13,233 bases of DNA from Azolla caroliniana (taxonomy: Eukaryota > Plantae > Polypodiophyta): the NCBI GenBank assembly GCA_043228905.1, contig JBHGNT010000979.1:1-13233 (forward strand). Direction: 5' to 3'. Every line of letters starts with the position of its first letter. The first letter of the stretch is position 1. Both the position numbers and the translations under genes were made by a program. The notes under the pieces were generated by a model. It saw nothing but the letters and a program-made list of their open reading frames with translations. It ran no database searches and was not told the origin of the DNA. Shown one piece after another: positions 1-9,589 of the stretch.

Positions 1-1
1 A

Positions 2-130
2 TAATTCGGCCCTTCTGAGTGTCTCTAAAGCCTTCTTGAAGTCTACAAACGCATGTTGGTTGTGACTTATGTTAATCCCCTTCCATTACCACATGCAAGC
101 GAAGGTGATAGTCAATAATGTAATGTTTAG
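2..130 (-). pseudogene. Degenerate non-LTR (LINE) reverse transcriptase fragment
   Basis: Minus strand reads AFVDFKKALETLRRAEL (~52->2), resembling the LINE RT motif FVDFxKAFDxV. It is preceded in another frame by IIDYHLRLHVVME (like 'TIDHxxTLR'), with a stop and frameshift between. Short, so uncertain. Confidence 0.45.
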
Positions 131-508
131 TGACAGGAACACACGCTCCTGATGAACAACGCTCGGCCACAACCGAGCTTAGAATCAAAACACAGAAAAA
201 AAAACGGGAATGAATGCACGACACAATGGAGAGAAGAGAACACAAGATGTTAACGTGGAAAAACCCAAACTAGGGAAAAAACCACGACAGCCCACAGACT
301 ACAAACTATCACTATGTCAAAATGTACAAATGGTAAAGCACCGAAGCAACGACCTCGAGCTTTCTATCTTCGCCACAGGCGGCGGTTACAACAGAGGCAA
401 CAACCTCTTCCTCTCTCTCACTCTCTCTGTACACAGTTGCGCGCTCTAATCTTGCGCCAACAAGAATGACAACAACTCTCAACCAATGACTAAGTTTGCC
501 CTAAGTCA

Positions 509-516
509 TATTTATA
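509..516 (-). promoter_or_regulatory. Putative TATA box of the copia LTR
   Basis: TATAAATA on the minus strand in mid-LTR, overlapping a 10-bp inverted repeat (503-512 / 519-528). Confidence 0.5.
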
Positions 517-640
517 CTAATATGACTTTTCGGCTATTTACAAATATAGCCCCGATGGACTCTCAGAAAACATATTTACGAATATGTCTCTTCATCCGGT
601 GAGCACTTCTCACCGGGCCTTCACCATCCAACTCTTGCCA

Positions 641-724
641 GGTACTCGTCATCTGGTTCTCACCGGGTCTTCCGTAGCTGGGTACTCCTCATCTGGTTCT
701 CACCGGGTCTTCCGTAGCCGGGTA
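641..724. repeat. 40-bp tandem duplication in the copia U3 region
   Basis: 641-680 and 681-720 differ at 2 positions (GGTACTCsTCATCTGGTTCTCACCGGGTCTTCCGTAGCyG). A partial copy lies at 607-621. Confidence 0.9.
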
Positions 725-812
725 GTCCACATTCGGTTTCAGCCTCGGCCGAGTTTACTCATCAGTACTGTTCTTCTCACTTCCCATCCGGAGGGACCTG
801 TTTCCGAACAAA

Positions 813-826
813 CTCCCCCTTCACTC
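813..826 (-). other. Copia polypurine tract (PPT)
   Basis: GAGTGAAGGGGGAG on the minus strand, 2 nt before the TG of the 3' LTR, overlapping the pol stop codon. Confidence 0.9.
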
Positions 827-3800
827 CGGCATGGGATGTCTTACTAGTCCGATCTGCTTTCGGCATGCATCCAACTTGTCGGGTATCAGTACTTTGGTCA
901 GCATATCTGACCCGTTCTCAGCCGTGTGGATCTTCGTTAACACGAACTTCTGGTCATCTACTCTTTCCCGGATCCAATGATACCTTCGCTGGATATGCTT
1001 CGTCCAGGAATGGTAGGCCGCATTCTTAGCAAGGTGGATGGCACTTTGATTGTCGCAATAGAGTCGATATTCATCTTGCCGGATACCGAGCTCTCCGATG
1101 AAGTCCTTCATCCATAATATTTCCTTGCCGGCTTCCACAGCCGCCATGTACTCCGCGCCTTCGTGGTTGACAGCGCAACCGTCTTCTGCAGCCTCGACTG
1201 CCACGAAACACCTCCCCCTGCATATGTCATTACATACCCGAATGTAGACCGGCTAGTATCCACATCAGCCGACATGTTTGAATCGGTAAAACCGTCAAGT
1301 TGAGGTTTTCCGGAGCCGAATCGAAGACACATATTTGAAGTGCCCTTCAAGTACCGGAGTATCCATTTGACCGTGTTCCAGTGCTCCTTGCCGGGATTGC
1401 TCATAAACCGGCTCACCACTCCGACTGCGTATCCTATATCCGGTCGGGTACACACCATTGCATACATTAAGCTCCCGATGGCAGAGGCATATGGAACCTT
1501 CATCATATCCACCTTCTCTGCTTTTGTCTTCGGTCTTTGCTTACCGGATAACCTGCAGTTTGCCGGAAATGTCGATCCGACCGGTTTCGCATCTGACATG
1601 TTGAACCGCTGAAGCACCTTTGTCATGTATTTCTCCTGTGACAGCCACAATTGCTTCGTTGGCCGGTTCCGGATGATATGCATCCCCAACATCTGTCTTG
1701 CCGGACCCAAGTCTTTCATCGCAAAGGTTCGGTTGAGAGCCTTCTTCAGCATCCGTATTTTGGCTTGGTCCCGTCCGACGATCAACATGTCGTCCACGTA
1801 TAGAAGGAGTATCAGGAAGTCGCCTCCTTCGAACTTCTTCACAAACACACAGTGATCAGCCTGTGTCTTGTGGTACCCTTGATCGGTCATAAGGAGTCGA
1901 ACTTCCGGTACCATTGTCGGGGAGCCTGCTTCAGTCCGTACAGGCTCTTCTTCAACCGAAAAACCAAGCGCTCCTTCCCTTTCTCCACGAATCCTTCCGG
2001 TTGCTGCATGCAGATCTCCTCTTCGAGGTCACCGTGAAGGAATGACGTCTTCACGTCTAACTGCTCTACCTCGAGGTCCATGCTTGCCGCTATACTCAGC
2101 ACCGTCCGGATGGAGGTCATCTTTACTACCGGGGTTCATTATCTTCTTCTCCGACTCCCAGTCGGTGAGTGTCTTGTCCTCCATGAAGATAATATCTCGA
2201 CTCCGGAATACCTTCTTGTCGACCAGGTCCCACACTCGGTAGCCGAACTCATCGTCGCCGTAACCGAGGAATATGCATGGCCGGGTCTTCGGATCTAGTT
2301 TTCCTCTCCGGTCCTTAGCTACATGCACATACGCAAGACACCCGAATACCTTCAGATGCCGGTAGGATACTTCCTTACCGATCCATACTCTCTGTGGCGT
2401 GTCTCCGTCCAAGGGTACTGAGGGTGATATGTTTATCACATATGTCGCCGTTGACATTTCCTCTGCCCAAAACTTCTTGGGTAGTTTTGCATGCGCCATC
2501 ATACTCCGGACCCTCTCCATTATGCTCCAGTTCATCCTCTCGGCCAGCCTGTTTAGTTCCGGCGTCTTCGGCACGGTAAATTTGAGCCGGATTCCCTTCG
2601 AGCGACAATACTGCTCGAACTGCCCCCGGTATTTCACCTCCGTTATCTGCTCGAACCGCCTTCAGCTTCCGGCCAGTTTCTCTTTCCACTCTCGCGTGGA
2701 GCTCTTTGAAGACGGATAGCACCTGATCATTCTTCTTCAACGGTGTGGCCCACAACTTCCGGCTGTGGTCATCTATGAACGTCACGAAGTACTGTGATCC
2801 TGCATGTGACTTCGTGTCCACTTGACACACATCAGTATGCACCAACTCCAGTGGTGCATTACGTCTCATCGGTGGCCTTGGTCGGAAGGAGGTCTGGTTT
2901 TGCTTACCGACCAGACAATTAGTGCACTTCTCTAAGTGCACGTTCTTCACTGAAATGAGGTTGTCGTCTGCAAGCCTCTTCATCCCCTTCTCGCTCATGT
3001 GACATAGCCTTTTGTGCCACAGCTCACCGGCAGTGTCAGATGCCACATTCACTTCCTCCGGACATAACCGGGCATTCATCAGGTACAACATGTTTACCTT
3101 CCGGGCCCGAGCCACAATCAGGCTCCCTTTGCTGAACTTCATAACACCGTTCCGGATGCTACCCGTGTAGCCTTCATCATCTAGCCAACCGACTGATATC
3201 AGGTTCAGACGAACCTCCGGAACGTGTCAGACATCCTTCAGCAGCATCTTGCATCCGGTTGGTGTTGTCAGCCACACGTCTCCTATGCCGACAATTCGGC
3301 ATGTACCTTCATTCCCCATCCGGACAAAGCCGTGATCACCGGCTGAGTAGGATGAGAAGCATTTCCAATCCGGGGTAAGGTGGAACAACGCTCCGGAGTC
3401 GACCACCCAGGTCATCTCGTCACCGGCAAGGTTTATCTCACTCTCCTTGGTGATGAGCATCAACTCTTCTTCACTTGCCGCAATTGTCGTCGTTCCCTTC
3501 CGGTTCGGCCCCCTCCGGTCTTTACTATTTCGGTCCGATGTCTGCTTGGAATCGGTACCGTCGGTTTCCTTGTCTTTTTGGAAATGCCGACAGTTCTTCT
3601 AGAAGTGTCCCGGCTTGCCGCAATAGAAGCAAGTAGGTCTCCCCCTTGACTTTGACCGTATCCCTGACTTTTCCCGGTTTTGGGGACTATGGTTCCTTTG
3701 TCTTCCGCGTTCCAATTCGGTAAGGAGCGCTTTGGAGTCGGAGCTCGTATCCTTATCTTTCCGACGCGCCTCCTCATCTAGCAAGCTCGACTTCACTCTT

Positions 3801-4325
3801 GCTAGGGATAACCGTTTCCCTTCCGGCCCGGCGTTGCCCAAGGTGACAACCAACGTCTCCCAGCTATCTGGGAGGGAACCGAGCAGGAGTAGTGCTAGTA
3901 CCTCATTGGCAAGAGGTACTTCCAATGATGTTGCCTGGTGGATCAGCCCCTGGAAGGCATTCATGTGCTCCGCCATGCTGGAGCCATCTTGGTACCGGAG
4001 TCTTACTAGCTTCCGGAATACCGAAACCTGATTAACAACATTTTTGTTTTAAAACATAATGTCGATCTTCTCCAAGAGCTCATGAGCCTTGCTCTCTTCA
4101 TTGAAGTTGTTGTATAGACTCATGTCGATGAAACACCGTATGTACGCCGTTGTCTTTATGTGCATCACTTCCCATATCGTGGCATCGATTTTGTCCGGTC
4201 TCTTGTCCCCGAACTAAAACCGGCAACCAAAGATCTTTAACCACGAGCATGTCTCTCATCTTCGACTTCCACACCGAATAGTTGGAGCCGGTGAGCTTGA
4301 ACATGCCTCCCAACGAATCATCCAT
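821..4325 (-). pseudogene. Copia gag-pol polyprotein, disrupted by frameshifts, stops and an internal deletion
   Basis: Gag N-terminus KLTGSNYSVWKSKM. Zinc knuckle CFYCGKPGHF*KNC (TAG 3599-3601). Protease WVVDSGA (DSGA 3389-3400). TGA at 3227-3229. Integrase LWHKRLCH..CTNC, HTDVC, RADNGGE, AERMN. RT YVDD (1789-1800). RNase H GFTDS.., CDNQSAI, TKHI. The fragments are spread over several frames. Confidence 0.95.
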
Positions 4326-4340
4326 TTTCTGTGTCGTTTC

Positions 4341-4352
4341 GCTCTAATACCA
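4341..4352 (-). other. Copia primer-binding site (tRNA-iMet type)
   Basis: TGGTATTAGAGC, 3 nt after the LTR-terminal CA. One mismatch to the canonical plant TGGTATCAGAGC. Confidence 0.92.
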
Positions 4353-4355
4353 CTT

Positions 4356-4529
4356 TGACAGGAACACACGCTCCTGATGAACAACGCTCGGCCACAACCG
4401 AGCTTAGAATCAAAACAGAAAAAAAAACGGGAATGAATGCACGGCATAATGGAGAGAAGAGAACACAAGATGTTAACGTGGAAAAACCCAAACTAGGGAA
4501 AAAACCACGGCAGCCCACAGACTACAAAC
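4356..4529 (-). repeat. Copia 5' LTR remnant (3' 174 bp only)
   Basis: Matches 131-306, and similarity ends abruptly after ACTACAAAC (4529). Confidence 0.92.
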
Positions 4530-4887
4530 AACACGTTCGCGTTCACAAGTGGAAGGATCGCGCATAAATGGAAGCATAAGGGAAATTTTAGGGGTTTTTC
4601 AATGATTTTACAAAACACATTGATACCAGTATCATACAAGTTCAAACATACTATGAAAAAGGTTAAAAATCCACTATTTTCGTGATTTAGAAGTAACTAA
4701 AAAAAGACGAATTTCAAAAACATACATTCTCAATTTATATCACAAACTTTACAACCAATGTTATTTTATAAGAAACGATTTTTGGGAAATCATAAGAATT
4801 CAAAACACATGATTTTATATTACTCGATTTGTTACAAGCGGAATGTAGTTACACTTAATAGCCAAATATACATTCATGATCACTCCT

Positions 4888-7668
4888 TTACGGAGAATCA
4901 CTACTATAACTAATATACAATGACGATTCCTCCTCATCATCCTCGGATGTACCAATCAGTGCATTATCTTCGTCATAAACCAAATGGTTTGACTCTAGAT
5001 TATATGTAGCAGATCTCGTTTGCCTTTGACTCGAGCCACCTTGTAGACCTGGTAATTTTTCTTTTATTATATCTATTGTTGACTTCCTTAATCGTCCGGC
5101 TTTTGTAAGTGTGAAGTCGTACACGATGATATCCACATCAGAGATATCAAGGGTCGAGGTGTTACGAATGTTTCGCTTCCTCTTCCTACCTCCCCTTCTT
5201 GTTTGGCATTCAATCATCTCCAATGTATACTTACCTGTAAAAGCATTTGCACTTCTAGTGTTGTACCAATGAACATTTATAGACTTGATCGTGTTTTCTA
5301 TTTCATGCATTAGCACTTCTAGAATTTTACCAACCCAAAATTGGTGGCCATGTGAGTTCTCATCAGCCGGCGTTGCAATCAACATCCCCGCGGTGAGCTC
5401 TTGCAAATTTCCTTGCCATCTAGCTTCAGCTGCTTTGGTCATCCTTGGTCCCACATAAATGTCTCTTTGTTGTGGATGGACCAAGCTGTCATTAATCGCA
5501 TTTACTAGTCGCTCCGGACTTCTATTTACGCGATCATGTTGCAGCGACCATGTGAATGGCGTTTCCAAATTCCAATTATCAACAGATACACAATTGTCTA
5601 TAATTTCTTTCTGATCACTATAAAATACATCCCACCATGACGTGTCTTGTTGTGCGGCATATTTCTTGGCGGCCTCAATATGCTTTCTTTTTTCTTCTAA
5701 GGCTTGGAGCCATGACCGTTTTTGTTCTGATACCAAGTCGCTCTGCAACTGTCCTTTCTTCTCAATTGGCATTTGCTTAGCTCCATGGACAATTGTACTC
5801 GGCATACAAAGTAATAACTGGCAACCACCTTCAGGTTCCCATGTTGTAGAAGATGAATATTGTTTAGCATACAAAACTGTAGAACCACTTATTCCATTTT
5901 TCTTTATCAAAAAAATGTGATTGAAACTTATATTGTTTAACTGAGCAAGCACTTTAACATTCCCACCACCCCCATCTAATATATATCTCTTAAAGTCATA
6001 TACCTCCTTCAAGTGTAACACTTTTGGGCGTGGTGTATATGCATCACAAATGACATCAAATAGTTTAGGTAAAGTGAAAGCATCATGCCGAGACAACTGT
6101 CTGGAGAATGTGCTAAACATCTGATCTATATGGTCATGTGTGTGGCCAACCAAAAGGAAATTGACTTTCACTTTCCTAAACAATTCTAGGTTGACCAACA
6201 TACTTAGATAGCCAAATACAGTTGAATTTTTGTTCTCTCTAGCAGTATTGTCCAATTGAATGTATAGAACAGGGGGGAAAGGTTGTCCCCAAGACATCAA
6301 AACTCGGTGAATCACTGTAACTGTTAGGTTAGGGTCATTGTGAACATTGGGGTAAGTAATGAAGACGTGAGGTCGAACAGACCTATTATAAGCCAAGCAT
6401 CCCACCAAGTGCATTTGAACAAGGCACTCATCATTGACATCTTTGGGGAGCCTCCGCATATGCGGCAAGCATGTCTTCTTCTGGTCCATGCCATCTATCA
6501 TTAAGCACATGTATTGTTCAGGCCTCTTCAAACACTTCTCTCTATGATGCATCGCCTTCCTTCGTTCTAAGGATTGTGCCTCACGATGCTCTTGTAGTAA
6601 CTTCTTACTCGTATCCTTTTCCATTGATGTCTTTGCACCTTTAGCCAAACTTTTAAGATTTGCACAAATGGAGCAATACCCCATACGTACTTTACGAGGA
6701 ATAATAACATTTGAAAACTGAGCTCTCCATAATCTTGTGAATTGGCTATAGGTGATAGACTTATTACGTGAGCCCAGCATTTCAGATCGATAGACATCAT
6801 AAACTTCCCGACGGGTATAATTATCAGAAAGATGCATCCTACCCGTAGTGGGCATTACTTCACAATTTAACTGAAAGTAAGTTTTCATCCAGCCAATAGC
6901 TAGTCTTCCAATTGCACCTTTCATACTTGGAACCTCTTTACAATTGAGCATCTGATCCCCGCTAAGTAGACGTTGTTGTACTCTATGTAGCCGCATGTTA
7001 CTAACACATAACGCAATTTTGAATGCAACTCTACATATCTGTTGCGCATGGAAGATATAATACTCGAATGATACTTTGATCCCCGTACATTTGTTAGATA
7101 CTAGTTGCATATGTGATCCGAGGTAAGTGTCTTGCTCATCACCGGTCATCGAAAAATAGTATCGCCTTAATTCTCGCAACTTTGATTTTCCAATCATAGA
7201 CATACAACCACGGGCACACCATATTTTGTTGACATCAAATCCAATCTGTTTATCTGATGTCACCAAGCTAAATCTAGCCAGACGAATTCTTCGTGGGATT
7301 CTTCTAATATGCATAGGGCTCCCAGATTTCTCTTCCTGCATAGAGGTTGGTGTAACCTTGTTACAGTCTAATTCTCTGTTCTGACCATCGCCAATGTTAT
7401 TCAATGTTTCCTAGGCACTTCCTTCATTCTCGGTATCTTTATTAATATCGTATTCTTCAATAGAGAACTCTTCACATGTGTCATTATTTACATTCCCTGT
7501 AGATGAGCTCAGACAATATTCTTCGATAGAATATGGTGAGTCGGTCGAAAGACAATATTCTTCAATCGAATATGGTGACTCTGTTGACAAACAATACTCT
7601 TCAGTAGAAAACGATGGGTCTGATGACAAACAATATTCTTCAATCGAGAACGGTGAATCTTCACTCAT
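4888..7668 (-). pseudogene. Sola1-like (DUF7869-type) DDD transposase, 926 codons with one in-frame TAG at 7411-7413
   Basis: ORFs 7411-7668 and 4888-7404 share a frame (the latter's start is TTG). Motifs: ICRVAFKIALCVSxxR; CSIC (6664-6675) followed by His; IDGMDQKKT (D 6493-6495); YIQLDNTARENKN (D 6250-6252); FLLVGHTHDHIDQMFS (D 6124-6126); basic NLS-like RRGGRKRKR; acidic tail. Family assigned from remembered motifs. Confidence 0.75.
7510..7665 (-). repeat. 4 x 39-bp coding tandem repeat (13-aa acidic unit, S.(D/E)SP(F/Y)SIEEYCL)
   Basis: SEDSPFSIEEYCL / SSDPSFSTEEYCL / STESPYSIEEYCL / STDSPYSIEEYCL, plus a partial FSIEEY at 7450-7467. Confidence 0.9.
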
Positions 7669-7941
7669 GGCTTAAGGTCTAGAAAGGGCTCTCTAAGTTA
7701 TACTCCTCTCTAACCATATACTCCTCCCTAAACATAAACTTCTCTCTAAACAAGAGCCAAATCAATAGAATGTCTATATTATGTAATATTCTATTAATAC
7801 AATACATCTAAAAACTATTTTTAATAAAGTAATTTAACTTAAATTATCAATCATTATATAAACTAGATCTAAATGATGTTAAATCAAGTAAAATATAAAA
7901 CTAATCATTAACAAGCCTTGAATATGTTGGATTAATGTTAA

Positions 7942-8127
7942 AATCATTGGCTAATTAATGACACCCATTTTGATATAGAACGTCTCACTCATTGGTTCTT
8001 TAATGCTCACCATTTTAAATATTAGACTTATCAATCATTGGTTAATTCATGCCCACATCTTTAATACATAACATTTGAGAGTCATAAAAATTGTTGCTTT
8101 TAGTAATCAATCATTGGTACATTCATG
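7942..8127. promoter_or_regulatory. Degenerate ~45-bp repeats, each with an inverted CCAAT box, between the divergent genes
   Basis: TCATTGG-N5-T(A/C)ATG units with ATTGG at 7946, 7991, 8037 and 8113. A further ATTGG is at 8295. Confidence 0.55.
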
Positions 8128-8339
8128 AACCTCTATCATTGTCTCCTTCATAACCTTTGAAGTGATTGTAGGTTGTTATGACTATAAAAGATTGATCAAT
8201 ATGTTAGTTTGACTTTGTAATCATTAATACAATCATAAGTTACTCTAGTTAATGTGACTATGGTTACCAACTAACTATACTCAAAGTTACCAACATTGGT
8301 TAAGGTGACTATGGTTACTTTAACCATGGGTTCAATCCC

Positions 8340-8347
8340 TATAAATA
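8340..8347 (+). promoter_or_regulatory. TATA box of the plus-strand spliced gene
   Basis: TATAAATA about 25-30 nt before an initiator-like TCACTCA and 151 nt before the ATG at 8491. Confidence 0.6.
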
Positions 8348-8373
8348 GGAAGACCTCATCATATTTCACTCAC

Positions 8374-8457
8374 CAGAGCGTACAGAGCGTACAGAGCACA
8401 CAGAACGCAGAGAGCACACAGAGCACACAAAGCACTCAGAGCACAAAGCACGAAAGC
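8374..8457 (+). repeat. 9-bp minisatellite (CAGAGCACA-like) in the putative 5' UTR
   Basis: cagagcgta x2, cagagcaca, cagaacgca, gagagcaca, cagagcaca, caaagcact, then shorter units. Confidence 0.85.
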
Positions 8458-8490
8458 GCGATCTCCGCCTCCACTTCAACACGATCAACC

Positions 8491-8525
8491 ATGTCTTCAA
8501 AGAGAATCGAGCGCGAGGACTCCAG
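8491..8525 (+). CDS. Exon 1 of an unknown spliced gene (MSSKRIEREDS-R)
   Basis: ATG in AACCATG context downstream of a TATA box. Donor AG|GTAGGC at 8525/8526, phase 2. Confidence 0.6.
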
Positions 8526-8575
8526 GTAGGCCTCTGACACTGTGGACATTTTTGTAAATATGTTTCGTTTCTCAA

Positions 8576-9166
8576 GAACTCGATACGGTGTATCGAGTTC
8601 ATGTATACAATACAAATATTTAAACACGAACTCGATACGCCGTATCGAGTTCGTGTATAAATATTTGTATTGTATACATGAACTCGATACGGCGTATCGA
8701 GTTCATGTTTAAAGTGTAGGTTTTAAACACAAACTCGATACGCCGTATCGAGTTCGTGTTTAAAGTGTAGGTTTTAAACACGAACTCGATACGGCGTATC
8801 GAGTTCGTGTATAAATATTTGTATTGTATACACGAACTCGATACGCCGTATCGAGTTCGTGTATAAATATTTGTATTGTATACACGAACTCGATACGCCG
8901 TATCGAGTTCGTGTATAAATATTTGTATTGTATACACGAACTCGATACGCCATATCGAGTTCGTGTTTAAAGTGTAGGTTTTAAACACGAACTCGATACG
9001 CCGTATCGAGTTCGTGTTTAAAGTGTAGGTTTTAAACACGAACTCGATACGCCGTATCGAGTTCGTGTTTAAAACCTACACTTTAAACATGAACTCGATA
9101 CGGCGTATCGAGTTCCGGTTTAAAGTGTAGGTTTTAAACACGAACTCGATACGCCGTATCGAGTCC
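8576..9166. repeat. Array of 12 palindromes (ACACGAACTCGATACG-C/G-CGTATCGAGTTCGTGT) with two spacer types in both orientations
   Basis: 25-bp cores start at 8576, 8628, 8680, 8731, 8782, 8834, 8886, 8938, 8989, 9040, 9091, 9142. Spacer A = ATAAATATTTGTATTGTAT (19 bp), B = TTAAAGTGTAGGTTTTAA (18 bp). Order A',A,B,B,A,A,A,B,B,B',B (' = reverse complement). Confidence 0.97.
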
Positions 9167-9589
9167 CTGTATATAAGAAGGCTTTGAGAGAGAAAAATCG
9201 TTTATGGGGTGGAAATGATATCAAATTGTCTGGCAAAATCAGTCTTTTTTATGTTGACTTTACTTACTTTTAAAGAAATACATGCTCTAATTATAGGTGT
9301 TTTATGACCTACTTTAGCTTAATAAAGTAGAAAATGATCTACAAATTGCCTTCACTATGGCAAATTCTCCTCAATATAGGTTTAGAATCTATATAAGTCA
9401 TACCTACTATTTAAAAGAATATATAACCCGTTTTACTTATTACGATATATATTTTCTAGGTTGAATAGCCCTGCCTATAATAGATTTTTGAATATGTTAC
9501 TGCTCCTGGAAACTGTTCTTCATTATAATATACAACTTCAATCTACGTGACTGTCTAACTTATGTTTTTGCATATACTTTCTTAAATAG

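Larger units (their letters stand above)
131..810 (-). repeat. Copia 3' LTR (680 bp, TG...CA)
   Basis: Minus strand starts TGTTCGGAAA at 810 next to the PPT and ends TGTCA at 131. Positions 131-306 match 4356-4529 with 3 transitions and one 2-bp indel. Confidence 0.92.
131..4529 (-). mobile_element. Ty1/copia LTR retrotransposon (Tnt1-like), degenerate, 5' LTR truncated
   Basis: Domain order gag-PR-IN-RT-RH on the minus strand, direct repeats 131-306 / 4356-4529, PBS and PPT in the expected positions. Confidence 0.96.

Noticed and set aside
210-4567. Short plus-strand ORFs over the copia (e.g. 210-449, 584-847, 1340-1612, 2399-2719, 3732-4031, 4331-4567)
   Set aside because: Antisense shadows of gag-pol or LTR sequence with no recognisable motifs.
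6130-6147. HUH endonuclease reading of GHTHDH (Helitron/Replitron-like)
   Set aside because: The middle residues are not hydrophobic, and the DGMD...DN..RENKN...GHTH..ID context fits an RNase H-fold DDD transposase.
8296-8529. 77-aa ORF with QST repeats
   Set aside because: It starts at TTG upstream of the TATA box. Better explained as a 5' UTR minisatellite plus exon 1 starting at ATG 8491.
8366-9039. Minus-strand ORFs 8620-9039, 8366-8602 and 8436-8627
   Set aside because: Their repetitive translations simply reflect the palindrome array and minisatellite, with no independent coding signal.
8576-9166. CRISPR array
   Set aside because: Only two recurring 18-19 bp spacers, present in both orientations, with no cas genes and a eukaryotic retrotransposon context.
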